Virus record (IMG/VR): IMGVR_UViG_3300031519_000053
Span: 1 to 43,373 of that record
Direction: 5' to 3' (one strand)
DNA: 43,373 nucleotides
From: a virus
Lineage: Duplodnaviria > Caudoviricetes
Below the pieces are notes generated by a model. That model did not search any database, was not told the DNA's origin, and worked only from the letters and a program-made list of their open reading frames with translations. Below, one piece after another: positions 24,472 to 34,624 of the stretch. The position numbers and the translations under genes were made by a program. Numbering within the stretch: the stretch's first letter is position 1; each line of letters begins with the position of its first letter.

Positions 24472-25194
24472 CTAGATAATGATATCAGCGATGCCCATCT
24501 CAACTGCTTCTTCGGCAGTCAGATAAACATTGACTTTGCGTTCCAATATCTTCTTGAGACGCCTTTTGGTGAGCTTTGTCTCGGACACAAGGCATTCGCA
24601 ATACATATCCTGCAATTGTTCGATAGCTTCCATCTCATTTACCATGTTGTGAAGCGAGCCGACGTTACCACCCATAACAGAGTGGATCATGACTCTGCAA
24701 TTCCTACCAATCATACGCTTGCCCTTGGTGCCAGATGCCAACAGTAAGACGCCAGCGGACATGACTTTGCCTAAGCCAACTGTATGGATCTCACTGCTTT
24801 CTCGCACCACCCGCATAACATCATGCAGCGCAAACATATCATCGGCGCTGCCACCATATGTGGAGACATAGAACTTTATGGCTTTCTTCTTTTCTGGTTC
24901 GGAAAGCTTGTTAACTTCGTCTAAGTACAATAATCCGTGTACTAGTTCTCCGACCTTCTCTTCACTGACATCAGCGAACAAGCCGATGATCCTTAAATCT
25001 GGCTCTTCGGTAGGGGATCCCGCTGCACCTAAAAGCGCCATTGGATCGATCAGCACGATCTTATTACCCGTTGTCTCTTCATCAGTTGTCGCATCTGATT
25101 CGGTGGCTGCGGCTCCCTCGCAGTCTTCTGGAGCCTTTTCTGGGTTGCTTTTTTGACCTTTCTTAATCAGGTCTTTAATCGTTTTAATAATCAT
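24472..25194 (-). CDS. clpP: ClpP-family protease
   Basis: STYGGS, GKVMSAGVLLLASG, VMIH, YLTAEEAVEMGIADII. Confidence 0.9.
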   Translation of the reverse strand: MIIKTIKDLIKKGQKSNPEKAPEDCEGAAATESDATTDEETTGNKIVLIDPMALLGAAGSPTEEPDLRIIGLFADVSEEKVGELVHGLLYLDEVNKLSEPEKKKAIKFYVSTYGGSADDMFALHDVMRVVRESSEIHTVGLGKVMSAGVLLLASGTKGKRMIGRNCRVMIHSVMGGNVGSLHNMVNEMEAIEQLQDMYCECLVSETKLTKRRLKKILERKVNVYLTAEEAVEMGIADIII

Positions 25195-25601
25195 TTGTCT
25201 TGACTCCTATTTATAAAAATTTGTTGTACAGCTTCCTTTTCACTTTCCAGTAGTGCCATGCCGGCATCCCAGTCTGCTACTTTTATATCGTCACTGAACA
25301 TTGGCGAGATGCATAAATTCATTTGCTTTATCGATTGCTTCTTAAAGTACTCTATGTCGTTATCAACATATTTTTCAAAACTCTCAACCTCCTTATCTGA
25401 TCCTCCATCGCTTTTAATTTTATTAGCCGCAAATGTCCTCACATATGAATACTGCTCTATCGCTCTAGTATATAGCAATAGAGAAGACAATTGAGAAACT
25501 TTTATCATTACAACGCTATTGTTTGCTGCTCGGTATATATTAGATATTTTGCACGTACAGTAGCCAAGGACAAACAGCAGCGGGTACAATAAGATTTCCA
25601 T
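25191..25601 (-). CDS. Membrane-anchored hypothetical protein
   Basis: Hydrophobic N-terminus; ATGA overlap with clpP. Confidence 0.7.
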   Translation of the reverse strand: MEILLYPLLFVLGYCTCKISNIYRAANNSVVMIKVSQLSSLLLYTRAIEQYSYVRTFAANKIKSDGGSDKEVESFEKYVDNDIEYFKKQSIKQMNLCISPMFSDDIKVADWDAGMALLESEKEAVQQIFINRSQDK

Positions 25602-25609
25602 GATGCTCC

Positions 25610-25648
25610 AAAAAAAATAACCACTAAAGCAGGGCTATAGTGGTTATT
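25610..25648 (-). terminator. Probable intrinsic terminator
   Basis: 11-bp stem AATAACCACTA/TAGTGGTTATT running into a T-run on the minus strand. Confidence 0.55.
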
Positions 25649-25675
25649 ATAACTCTATAAAGAGTGTTTTGTCAA
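25646..25675 (-). promoter_or_regulatory. Sigma70 promoter
   Basis: TTGACA-18-TATAAT. Confidence 0.7.
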
Positions 25676-26349
25676 GTCCTAATTTTGCTTAGTCTCTGCA
25701 TGATTCTTTCTGCTAAAGTATCTACCATGACCTCTCGTTTATTCTCTTTCTTGAGTCGGGTTGCAACTCGGCGCGCGACCTCTGCGACTATATCGCTTTG
25801 GCTTAGGGCTCCCTCTTCGTCCTCTTCCTCCTCGTCGGCTAGTGATTCTTCATCACCTCCTTCTGGTGCCCCGAGGTCTGGCTCTTCAAGGGAACCCATG
25901 CCGTCGTCATCCATCCCCATGTCATCCATGCCCATATCATCCATGCCCATGTCGTCTCCAGCGTCCTCAGAGGATGCTACATCAACACGGTCCTCGATGC
26001 CAAGAGCCTGTGCCACTGCTGCCACAACGTCAGCCATTAGGGCTTCTCGCTCCGACACATCTAGGTCAGCTGAACCGCCCTCCATCTCATCTTCTGCGCC
26101 CATCTCCATCTCGTCTTCTGCGCCCATCTCCATCTCGTCAGACGCAAGCTCATCATCTGCGTCTGCTACTGCCATATCTAGCTCTTCGGGTCCTTGTTCC
26201 GGTCCAGGCTCCATCATATCTTCTTCGTCGCGTCCGTATGCCTCTCCTCCGTACATCTCCTGGATTTTATGATCGCTAACATTTGTTAAGTTAGCGAGCT
26301 TTATAAATTGGCGGATCTCGCCTTCTGTCAATAATGTTTTACGAGCCAT
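25672..26349 (-). CDS. Highly acidic low-complexity protein (scaffold/internal-protein-like)
   Basis: EMEMGAED and GMDDM repeats; ends VAEVARRVATRL...LAERIMQRL. Confidence 0.8.
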   Translation of the reverse strand: MARKTLLTEGEIRQFIKLANLTNVSDHKIQEMYGGEAYGRDEEDMMEPGPEQGPEELDMAVADADDELASDEMEMGAEDEMEMGAEDEMEGGSADLDVSEREALMADVVAAVAQALGIEDRVDVASSEDAGDDMGMDDMGMDDMGMDDDGMGSLEEPDLGAPEGGDEESLADEEEEDEEGALSQSDIVAEVARRVATRLKKENKREVMVDTLAERIMQRLSKIRT

Positions 26350-26414
26350 GTTGAAAAATCTCCTTTTCTGTTTTTAGAAACTCAAAATAAATAGTAATAT
26401 ACTAAACTAAACAC

Positions 26415-26681
26415 CTAAAAAAGTAAATTTGTGGACCGCACGTACTTTCTGATCTTAAGCAAAGCTTTCGTCTCGATTTGCTTAATTCTGGCAAATGACA
26501 AATTCATTCTCTCTCCAGTTTGTCTCAGTGTCATGGGTCCATTCTGGTATACAGATACTAGGGTGCAGTTATGTTCATCCTCGTGCTCTATCCAGTGTCT
26601 GCAATCTTTAACCGGACAACCGGTCTTTAATTGTATACACCTTCGTGAGCACTCTAATAGTCCATCTTCTTTCTTCTTCAT
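26415..26681 (-). CDS. Stand-alone sigma70 region-4 HTH protein with Cys-rich N-terminus
   Basis: MTLRQTGERMNLSFARIKQIETKALLKIR aligns by eye to sigma70 region 4.2; five Cys upstream. Confidence 0.8.
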   Translation of the reverse strand: MKKKEDGLLECSRRCIQLKTGCPVKDCRHWIEHEDEHNCTLVSVYQNGPMTLRQTGERMNLSFARIKQIETKALLKIRKYVRSTNLLF

Positions 26682-27004
26682 AATCCTGGGTGCTCCTCTG
26701 CTATAAGATCAAAAATATTCTCAACCTCTTCGGAACCTAAGCCCAGGTTCTTGCTTATCTCTTTTCCTTGTTCTCGGTATATTTTACTCCTCCTTTTTCT
26801 CTTCTTGGATAAAGGTCCAGCATCATCTAAATATGAATAAATCCTGCTGTCACCAGTAAGCATCCCAGTGATCATAAGCCTGAAGAATTCAGACTGAGTG
26901 ACCCCGATCGTCTTAAGTTTCATCTTTAGTTGCACCTGTCGGTGGTCGTTTTCGGTAAAAACTATCCTTTTGTTTAAATTGCCGTAGTCCACTGCGTCTT
27001 GCAT
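26678..27004 (-). CDS. Possible ribbon-helix-helix DNA-binding protein
   Basis: KRIVF...LKMKL...GVTQSEFFRLMI. Confidence 0.6.
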   Translation of the reverse strand: MQDAVDYGNLNKRIVFTENDHRQVQLKMKLKTIGVTQSEFFRLMITGMLTGDSRIYSYLDDAGPLSKKRKRRSKIYREQGKEISKNLGLGSEEVENIFDLIAEEHPGL

Positions 27005-27005
27005 T

Positions 27006-28031
27006 CTACCACTTCCTGTTGATAATATGTGTTCGACTCTCCGCTAAACCAGAAGCGGTCTGCGCCATCACCTGAGCCTTACTGTGAAGTTGCGCGAGGT
27101 TTCTTGCGCCAGCATAAGAGAGCCCTGATCTGATCCCCCTCTCTATGTCGTTAATGACCTCGCTGACAGTCCCGCGATAGGGTATCTGGCTAGATACACC
27201 CTCGAAAGAAGAATATTTACCACGCCACTCTATTTGTGCTTCCTTGGAAGCCATCCCTCGATATACCTTCCAGCTATTGCCTTCAGCGTCGACTTTAATT
27301 TCCCCAGGGGACTCTGACGTACCTGCGAATAAAGAACCGCACATAACGGCGTCAGCGCCCAGCGCTAAGGCTTTAACGATGTCTCCCGAGTTCTTAATAC
27401 CGCCGTCGGCGATTATCTTCACGTCTCTATCTGTTTTCGCACAGTCCATGACAGTCTGCAGCCCAGGTACGCCGTGACCGGTCTGGATTCGCGTAGAACA
27501 GATCGCCCCTCCTCCGATCCCAACCTTAACTGAGTTCGCTCCCCAATCAGATAAATCGTCTAGCCCCTTCAGTGTAGCGACATTGCCCGCCATAATATGA
27601 AAGCTATCTCCCAACAACATTCTTAAGTGTCGTAGGGCTTCTTTTACCATGATATGGTGACCGTGAGCAACATCGACACACACAAAGTTTGCCCCAACGG
27701 AGCGCGCCATATGGGCTCGCTCAAGATAGTCGCCAGACACTCCAAGTGCAGCACCCAATGAGGCGACTCCCGTACCTGCCGCGTCGAATATTAACTTCTC
27801 TTGCTCCTCCATCGTATTATATCGATGAATGATCCCAGCACCCCCATGATTACACATCGCGATCGCCATATCCGACTCGGTAACCGTATCCATGGGTGCT
27901 GAAAGTATTGGTAAAGTCAGATGCAGTCCGTTCCCCATGTTTACTGATAAATCTATTTCGCTTCTTGAACGGATATCAGAGTATTGGGGGACAAGCAGCG
28001 TGTCGTCGTACGACAATCCTTTTTTAATCAT
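27006..28031 (-). CDS. guaB: IMP dehydrogenase / GMP reductase family enzyme (no CBS domains)
   Basis: [47 protein letters not shown]. Confidence 0.88.
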   Translation of the reverse strand: MIKKGLSYDDTLLVPQYSDIRSRSEIDLSVNMGNGLHLTLPILSAPMDTVTESDMAIAMCNHGGAGIIHRYNTMEEQEKLIFDAAGTGVASLGAALGVSGDYLERAHMARSVGANFVCVDVAHGHHIMVKEALRHLRMLLGDSFHIMAGNVATLKGLDDLSDWGANSVKVGIGGGAICSTRIQTGHGVPGLQTVMDCAKTDRDVKIIADGGIKNSGDIVKALALGADAVMCGSLFAGTSESPGEIKVDAEGNSWKVYRGMASKEAQIEWRGKYSSFEGVSSQIPYRGTVSEVINDIERGIRSGLSYAGARNLAQLHSKAQVMAQTASGLAESRTHIINRKW

Positions 28032-28425
28032 GTTCCTTATTCCTTTTCGTGCTTATGTTTTGATTTATGAAACTGGTGATGTCTTTGACAGAGTACCATG
28101 TCTCTTGGTTTGGTCTCTCTGGATCATTTAGGATCACCGGTTTCGACTCCCGACCTCGACTAATATTGAACAGCCCAATAGACGGTACACCATTTAGCCT
28201 CAACTTCTTGGCGATATCCGGATCATCATCTATATTGTAGGCATAGAAATGAACATCTTCATATTCGTCTAAGTCTGATATGTCTCGATAATAGGAACTC
28301 AGCGCGTGACACAGGTGACAGCTATTTGAATAAAACTTGACTACGCAAGTAGCTGTGCCATGAATGTTTACGCTACCTTTCATAATCTTACGTAAAGACT
28401 CTTCGGGTATTCTTCTCACTCCCAT
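28024..28425 (-). CDS. Thioredoxin-like protein
   Basis: VVKFYSNSCHLC...GVPSI. Confidence 0.8.
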   Translation of the reverse strand: MGVRRIPEESLRKIMKGSVNIHGTATCVVKFYSNSCHLCHALSSYYRDISDLDEYEDVHFYAYNIDDDPDIAKKLRLNGVPSIGLFNISRGRESKPVILNDPERPNQETWYSVKDITSFINQNISTKRNKEHD

Positions 28426-28491
28426 AACTTTTCTCCTTTGGGTGTAGCGGCTATTTCAAGCTCACAAGAACTATAGCTTCTATTGTTATCT

Positions 28492-28767
28492 TTACTCTTC
28501 CGCTCCACTTTCAAATTCCTTTTTCTTTTTCCAATCTTCGATTATACTGTTAGCTGTTTTCCAGCAATCTGGGCAGTACAGCCTAACCGTATCTTCATCG
28601 CGAACCACGACATTCCATGTCATAGCCATCTTTTTACTTTTTTTATCAAATGGTTTTTCGCATGCCAAGCAGTGATCTGGTAAGCTATGAAACTGAGAAA
28701 CTTTTGCGGACATCGAGTCGGTTGCATCCACTTTCTTCTTGTCTGTCCTTCTCTGTTTGCGATTCAT
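28492..28767 (-). CDS. Small zinc-finger protein
   Basis: CLAC...YCPDCW; MNRKQRR N-terminus. Confidence 0.75.
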   Translation of the reverse strand: MNRKQRRTDKKKVDATDSMSAKVSQFHSLPDHCLACEKPFDKKSKKMAMTWNVVVRDEDTVRLYCPDCWKTANSIIEDWKKKKEFESGAEE

Positions 28768-29153
28768 TCTTCCTCTTTCGTCTTTGACTTGGCACGTTTG
28801 CTGCGCGCACTAGTGCGTCGATTAGTTGGAGAACGTTTCGCTAACTCCTCTCCGGAAAGGACCTTCTTGTCCAGTTCTTCTGGTTCCTCTGCCTCAATCT
28901 CCTCGACTTCTTTTTGCATTTCTACAATCGTATGCTTCTTCTCATTCTCTGTCAAAGAGGATAAGTTTGCTGCATACTGTTGCAGTGTTATCATAGCACC
29001 CTCATACTGAGCCAGCGCAAGAGAGAGGGAACAAATCTGGTCAACAGTTTCCCTTGTAGCTGGGCGGTGGTACAAATCCTTAATAAGCGCGAAGTTCTCT
29101 AGAGCCTTTGCTCTCATTCTAAGAATCGCTGCGTTCAATACATCTTCAGTCAT
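28764..29153 (-). CDS. Hypothetical protein
   Basis: ATGA coupling; AGGAG SD. Confidence 0.7.
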   Translation of the reverse strand: MTEDVLNAAILRMRAKALENFALIKDLYHRPATRETVDQICSLSLALAQYEGAMITLQQYAANLSSLTENEKKHTIVEMQKEVEEIEAEEPEELDKKVLSGEELAKRSPTNRRTSARSKRAKSKTKEEE

Positions 29154-29164
29154 TTCATACTCCT

Positions 29165-29638
29165 TTATCGATTGATTCCTTCAACTCTCCACAATTCCTC
29201 TCCGCCATCGAATACCACTACAGCAGACGGAAAAGGCGCGCAGTTCTTACTGTCCCCAAACTTAAGGCGACCCTTGACAAAATGAATCTCGGATGCCTTC
29301 ATAACATAATCATGCCAATATTTCGTATCTGTACGAGCCGGAATGAGCATAACTACTTTAGTCCCGTTCTTCTTCGCCTCGATATAACCCTTCTCGATCC
29401 ACTTGTCGATACCTCTTCCATATGGAGGGTTTACAAAGCTGGTAAATCCAGTCCAGTCCTTACTTAGTCCGTCTTCGGCTTCTGTAAAGAAGTTGGAGCA
29501 CTTCGTGTTTTGGGCACTTGCGCAAGGATCCAAGTCAAAGGGACCAAATCGCCAGTCGAGCTTTTGAAAAAAGTCCTTTGGAGTTGCCCAGTTACCCGTT
29601 GCTGAGCTAAACATTGTCTTTTGTGTGTTCTTATCCAT
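29165..29638 (-). CDS. Phage DNA N6-adenine methyltransferase
   Basis: WATP, LDPCA, DGL..DW, NPPYGR, MLIPARTDT, GRLKF, APFPS. Confidence 0.92.
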   Translation of the reverse strand: MDKNTQKTMFSSATGNWATPKDFFQKLDWRFGPFDLDPCASAQNTKCSNFFTEAEDGLSKDWTGFTSFVNPPYGRGIDKWIEKGYIEAKKNGTKVVMLIPARTDTKYWHDYVMKASEIHFVKGRLKFGDSKNCAPFPSAVVVFDGGEELWRVEGINR

Positions 29639-30092
29639 TTGTGCTCCCTAGCGCGCCATCGCCTCGTTCTGAGATCGTAATACCATCTTTATATAGCTCC
29701 GGATCGTCTGCCTTTCTAGCCCGGAAAGACACAACCGGAACCATTACAATCTGTGCAATCTTATCACCGTGATAGATATCCTGGCTCTCTATCCCTACGT
29801 TATGAAGGTTTATGAATACTTCCCCGTCATACCCTGAATCGATAACGTGAGCGCCCACAATTAAGCTTCGCTTAGCCGCGACACTGGATCGATTCATTAC
29901 TTGAAGCATATAGCCGTGAGGAACACCAAACTTCAACCCAGTGGGCACGATGACCGACTGAGAGGGCGGCAGACGCACGTGTGAGCTTGGATCATCAAAG
30001 TTGGCGTACACGTCTAGACCGGCATCGGAAGGATTTGCTCGCGTAGGCTCAGAAACTTGCTCATTTCGCGTCATTACATACTCGATTATCAC
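29631..30092 (-). CDS. dut: Trimeric dUTPase
   Basis: DAGLDV, PTGL, RSS, VIDSGYDGEV, GDKIAQ, RGDGALGST. Confidence 0.95.
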   Translation of the reverse strand: MIIEYVMTRNEQVSEPTRANPSDAGLDVYANFDDPSSHVRLPPSQSVIVPTGLKFGVPHGYMLQVMNRSSVAAKRSLIVGAHVIDSGYDGEVFINLHNVGIESQDIYHGDKIAQIVMVPVVSFRARKADDPELYKDGITISERGDGALGSTNG

Positions 30093-30346
30093 ACTTCCTC
30101 CGAATCATTACCAGAAATCATATTAAAGTTCTCAACTACCTCATCAATGTTTATCTTTCCCCGAAACAGGCGATAAGCTTTGACAGCGGCACGAATCTCA
30201 TCAGTATTCAGCCACCCGTTCTCCTTGAACTCAACGCGCAAATCGCGCTTCTGCTCCTTGTATGGTTCCATCGCATCTTCAATCGCGACTAGTGACCGGA
30301 TATATTCCTTGACATACCGCTTGCGTTCTTCGTTCGTGTTAGCCAT
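30089..30346 (-). CDS. Small dsDNA-binding protein (T4 DsbA / GapR-like)
   Basis: YIRSLVAIE......KEQKRDLRVEFKENGWL....IRAAVKAYR helical pattern. Confidence 0.6.
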   Translation of the reverse strand: MANTNEERKRYVKEYIRSLVAIEDAMEPYKEQKRDLRVEFKENGWLNTDEIRAAVKAYRLFRGKINIDEVVENFNMISGNDSEEV

Positions 30347-30373
30347 TGGGCTCTCCTTTGTTGTTACTATGAT

Positions 30374-30403
30374 AATATACCACTAAAGTGGGTCTGAAGT
30401 CAA
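30374..30403 (-). promoter_or_regulatory. Sigma70-type promoter
   Basis: TTGACT-18-TATATT. Confidence 0.55.
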
Positions 30404-30425
30404 CTACTTTCTCTTCTTAATTTGG

Positions 30426-31151
30426 TCAAACTCCAAATAATTGCTTAACGAACCTTTTCATAACTAGATCTCTTTGTTCGTCTGTCTCTGCTTCTGAAAA
30501 GCTGTAGTTGTATGTGTTTTTTGCTTTCTTAACTTCTTCTTGTATCTTCCCTACTTCCTTCTTCATCCATCGAGCCTGCTGTCCATAATTCTTTGGGGTG
30601 TTGATCTCTAGTTTATCCGCGATATCAAGAAGGATATAATATTTTTTATCTTCAAATGCCTTATTGGCTTCCGTGAACATACGTATCGTGGTCTGTCTTT
30701 GCTCTTCTGACAAATCCGCGCTAATCTTGTCGGGATGAATTTTTAGGGCAATCTGTTTAAAAAGCTTAGAAAAGGAGTTGTGTACCGCTGTCTCATCAGC
30801 TGTCATCTTATATTCATTCTCTTCATCGCCCTCTTGTTCACCCTCACTATCAAGATCGGAAACCTCATCATGCAACACCATGGAAGTATCACCAGGATCA
30901 TCTATTTGAGCGTTATCGGCTTTATCGCTGTCTTGCTCGCCTTCTCTTTCGTATAGCCCGCTGAGCCTTTCTGAATGTTCTCTGTTTAGTTTTTCAAGAT
31001 CGATCTGGTTGGCAGCACAATATTGCTCATAGTATTCTTGAAAGTCTGCGGCAATCGCAGAGCACACTTCTTTAATGTAGTCGTGTTCTTCATAAGTGAA
31101 TCTTAGAGTTGAGAGTGCTCTCTTCCATTTGAGCTTTTGGGCAATTGACAT
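30426..31151 (-). CDS. J-domain (DnaJ-like) protein
   Basis: LFKQIALKIHPDK...FTEANKAFE. Confidence 0.8.
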   Translation of the reverse strand: MSIAQKLKWKRALSTLRFTYEEHDYIKEVCSAIAADFQEYYEQYCAANQIDLEKLNREHSERLSGLYEREGEQDSDKADNAQIDDPGDTSMVLHDEVSDLDSEGEQEGDEENEYKMTADETAVHNSFSKLFKQIALKIHPDKISADLSEEQRQTTIRMFTEANKAFEDKKYYILLDIADKLEINTPKNYGQQARWMKKEVGKIQEEVKKAKNTYNYSFSEAETDEQRDLVMKRFVKQLFGV

Positions 31152-31180
31152 AAATTATATAGTTGTTGTTCCTAATACAC

Positions 31181-34100
31181 TCAAGCCAATAATCTAAAAG
31201 TCTTGCCGACGGCATAAGTTGAGAAGCCCCAGTTTTCATCATAGTTTAGTTTAGCCATATAGGGACGATTGAGGTGGATTACATCCTTCTCTGGCTTAAT
31301 AGCCCAGCACCTGATTTTGGTTAGCTCATTGTTTGAATCAATCACCTCTACGATCCAGTAATCCTTGCCCTTCTTGGTCTTTCGTGGGACCACCTTGCGC
31401 GGAATAAACCAGCATACACTCAAGTCTGAATCATACTCTGAGATCGGTGGAATGTATTTGTCTTGCAGCTTCTGGATCGTTTCTGCGTTAATGACTAAGT
31501 TGATGGGGAACACTCCGGTTAGTTCAGTTTTGAATTGGATGATCTCTTCTTCGCTGAAGTCGCCTTCTGGTCTGTATGTCTCGATGTTTTCAATGAGTCG
31601 CTTAATGTTCTTCGGTCGATCGACAACACACGCCGACCAGAAATGCTTGCGACCAGAGAATCGATCATCTACAATCTTATCCAAGGCACCTCCGCGACAC
31701 AATGCGTCCAAACACTTCTTATTCAGTTTGGAGTAGACAATGTTATCATTAAACAAAAGATCTTCTGCATTTCGCAGAGGTCGGTTTGCAAGAATCTGGA
31801 TGATTGCTGCTTCTCCCAGTCCCTTGATCGAAGTTAGGGGCTGGATCATAGTTTTGCCGTCTTCGCTGATTTCCCATACGGTACCGGACTTGTTTACATC
31901 CAGCGGCGCAATCTCGAAACCATACCTCTTAGCAACATTGATCGCCTTCTCTTTCCTGCTCTCCGGCTCTTTATCCAAAAACGCTGCCATCCACTCGGCT
32001 GGATAGTAGTTCCAGAGCCAAGCGCACTGGTACGAAATAATAGAGTACCCAACTGCGTGAGACTTATTAAAGCCATACCCACTAAAGAACTCGAACTTAT
32101 CCCACAAGCCCTGCGCGTCATCGCGACTGATCTTGTTATCTACACAGCCCTTGATAAACTTCTTGTGAAGCTTGTCTTTCACCGATCCCTTACCTGTTCC
32201 CTTCTTTGTCAACACCTTGCGAAGCAAGTTTCCCTCGTCGAGAGTTAAGCCTCCCAGCTTGTGAGCTAGCAGCGCAATTTGCTCTTGGAAAATAAGGAAA
32301 CCAAAAGTTTCTTCTGTAATCTCTCGATGCACATCAGATAAGTACTTAATACGGTGTGGGTGCTGCTTTGCTTCCACATAGTCGGCGTCAACGTTAGCAG
32401 CTAACGGACCTGGGCGAAAGATGGAGGTCAGGGCTGCTGTATCAATAATACCGTTTGGCTTGGCTTTTACGCAGAACTTTTGTGCTCCGTCTTCAGTAAA
32501 CTGGAACATACCTGCCCACTTGCCCGCGTGAAATACGTTCTCGTAGATTTTTGGATCAGACAAGTCGAGCCTGTCAGGATGGAGCTTATCATCATAATAC
32601 GCTCGTACCTGGGCAAACGTCGGGCTTTCGACTCCGTGGTGGCGGCGGAGAACGTGCTCGATGCACCCCTCCATCATCTTAAGTGTGGATAAGCCAAGCA
32701 AGTCGAACTTAATGAATCCCATTGGCTCAAGATGTCGAACGTTCTGCCCTTCAGCCCAGGGAGCCTGTCTGACGCCTCCAGAGTTGATCAGGGGCATATT
32801 CCTGTCTAGGCTCTCAGCAATCACTACACCGCCCGCGTGGCGCGAGCAGGAGCGAACCTGACCAACCAACCCTTCAACGTGAGTCTTCACTTGCGGGTAC
32901 TTGCCGAGATACTTGCGCAGTGCTGGGGAGAACTCGATAACCTCTTGCCACGTTGGCGCATATATTCCTGATTTGATTCCGCGTGCGCGTTTGGCTTCAG
33001 GGGTGGCTTCTCGGATCATAATAGAAGTTACCGTATTCGCCTCAGTAAACGGGATCCCGTAAAGCTTGGATATATCCTTGATAAGAGATTTCAATTGAAG
33101 AGTGTTCCAATTGGAGATGGGCGCGACACAATCCTCTCCCCACATCTCGACCAGCTTTTCCTTGAGAAGCATACTGTCTGATACGTCGTAGTCAATATCC
33201 GGGTAATCGGTGGCGTCTGAACGCAAAAAGCGAGAGAACAGCAGACCGTACTTAATAGGATCAACTTGCGTGATATCTAGAGCGTATGCTACTAGTGATC
33301 CTGCTGCAGATCCTCGCGCTGGACCAGTAAGCATCATACCAGTGGCGACTTCCGCAATCGATCTCATCGTCAAGAAATACTTTGAAAAGCCACGATCATC
33401 AATAACATTTAGCTCATGCTTAAGGCGATCTGTGTATTCTTTGTTCTTATGTAGTCCCTTCTCCTTTAGACCTTCGAGGGAATAATTAACCAGAGCTTGA
33501 GTTGCGGTAAACCCGGCGGGTACAACAAACCCAGGAAGACGGACAGTATTGTCTGGGAGAAAGGTCTCGATGCGATCGAATGCAATACGGTGAGTCTCCT
33601 CGATACTATCAAGAATCACTTTGTCTTCATACTCAAATCCCTGCTCTTGGGAGTATTGCTTGTAGCTCTCCCACATCTGATCGCCGTTCTTGGGGTACAG
33701 TTCGTATCCGATCTCTTCAACTCCAGCAGGAAGCTCAGATCCTTCGTCCGCGTATGATGGCTTGCTTTTTCCGAGCCAACCAAGGCGCTTGTAAAGCTCC
33801 CGGTCTTTCCATGCTTCTGGATTAGGGTAGTGGCTATCAGCAGTCGAAATCAGCTTCACTCCGAATTCTTTAGCGACCTGAATGACATGCTGGTTAAGCT
33901 CGTGCTGCTCGTTGATATTGTTCCATTGAATCTCCGCATACCAGCGATCGCCGAACACGTCAATCATATTCTTAGTCGTCTCCCGCATTGCGTTCAATAC
34001 TGCTTCGTCTCCGTCTTCTCTGTTCTCCCAGTAGTTCCCGGCATAGACACCACCAAGACAGGCGCTAGAGGCAATAATACCCTCGCCATACTTCTTTAGG

Positions 34101-34612
34101 AGCTTATAATCGATACGAGGGTACCTATAAAAGTTCTCTGCCTTGTAGGACTCAGAGACCAACTTGAAGAGGTTATTGAGTCCGGTCTGGTTCTGTGCGA
34201 CAAGAACAAGATGACGCCGGCGGCGCAAAACGCTCTGAGTCTTCTTCGAGGAGCCTTCGTCTTCTACTGTCGCGCCTGACTGCGCATCCTTCTTGGCGGA
34301 GCGAGAACGCTTCTTATCTTCCATTACCTTTGTGTACTCTTCTCGCCATTCATCAATGGAAGGAATGAAATAAGCCTCACAGCCAAAAATTGGCTTAAAC
34401 TCTTTGCCGGCTGCTAGCATCTCCTTGCAATGCAGCACCTGATATGGCAAGCCGTTCATGTTCCCGTGATCGGTTAACGCCAACGCTTCGCCACCATTCT
34501 GGTAGCAGAAATCCATGTGGGCGTCTGGAAACCCGATAGCGTCAAAGATAGATCCCGCCACAGAATGTGCATGCAGTCCAACAAACTTGATTTTAGATTC
34601 CGTGCGATTCAT
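31181..34612 (-). CDS. dnaE: DNA polymerase III alpha subunit
   Basis: PHP domain (LHAHS, ALTDHG, GCEAY, DSHY), RGSAAGSLVAY, PDIDYD, HAGGVVI, KFDLLGL, YGFNKSHA. Confidence 0.97.
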   Translation of the reverse strand: MNRTESKIKFVGLHAHSVAGSIFDAIGFPDAHMDFCYQNGGEALALTDHGNMNGLPYQVLHCKEMLAAGKEFKPIFGCEAYFIPSIDEWREEYTKVMEDKKRSRSAKKDAQSGATVEDEGSSKKTQSVLRRRRHLVLVAQNQTGLNNLFKLVSESYKAENFYRYPRIDYKLLKKYGEGIIASSACLGGVYAGNYWENREDGDEAVLNAMRETTKNMIDVFGDRWYAEIQWNNINEQHELNQHVIQVAKEFGVKLISTADSHYPNPEAWKDRELYKRLGWLGKSKPSYADEGSELPAGVEEIGYELYPKNGDQMWESYKQYSQEQGFEYEDKVILDSIEETHRIAFDRIETFLPDNTVRLPGFVVPAGFTATQALVNYSLEGLKEKGLHKNKEYTDRLKHELNVIDDRGFSKYFLTMRSIAEVATGMMLTGPARGSAAGSLVAYALDITQVDPIKYGLLFSRFLRSDATDYPDIDYDVSDSMLLKEKLVEMWGEDCVAPISNWNTLQLKSLIKDISKLYGIPFTEANTVTSIMIREATPEAKRARGIKSGIYAPTWQEVIEFSPALRKYLGKYPQVKTHVEGLVGQVRSCSRHAGGVVIAESLDRNMPLINSGGVRQAPWAEGQNVRHLEPMGFIKFDLLGLSTLKMMEGCIEHVLRRHHGVESPTFAQVRAYYDDKLHPDRLDLSDPKIYENVFHAGKWAGMFQFTEDGAQKFCVKAKPNGIIDTAALTSIFRPGPLAANVDADYVEAKQHPHRIKYLSDVHREITEETFGFLIFQEQIALLAHKLGGLTLDEGNLLRKVLTKKGTGKGSVKDKLHKKFIKGCVDNKISRDDAQGLWDKFEFFSGYGFNKSHAVGYSIISYQCAWLWNYYPAEWMAAFLDKEPESRKEKAINVAKRYGFEIAPLDVNKSGTVWEISEDGKTMIQPLTSIKGLGEAAIIQILANRPLRNAEDLLFNDNIVYSKLNKKCLDALCRGGALDKIVDDRFSGRKHFWSACVVDRPKNIKRLIENIETYRPEGDFSEEEIIQFKTELTGVFPINLVINAETIQKLQDKYIPPISEYDSDLSVCWFIPRKVVPRKTKKGKDYWIVEVIDSNNELTKIRCWAIKPEKDVIHLNRPYMAKLNYDENWGFSTYAVGKTFRLLA

Positions 34613-34624
34613 AATAGCCTTTCC

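Noticed and set aside
25664-26279. Long plus-strand ORFs of 202 and 172 aa
   Set aside because: Antisense shadows of the acidic repeat protein.
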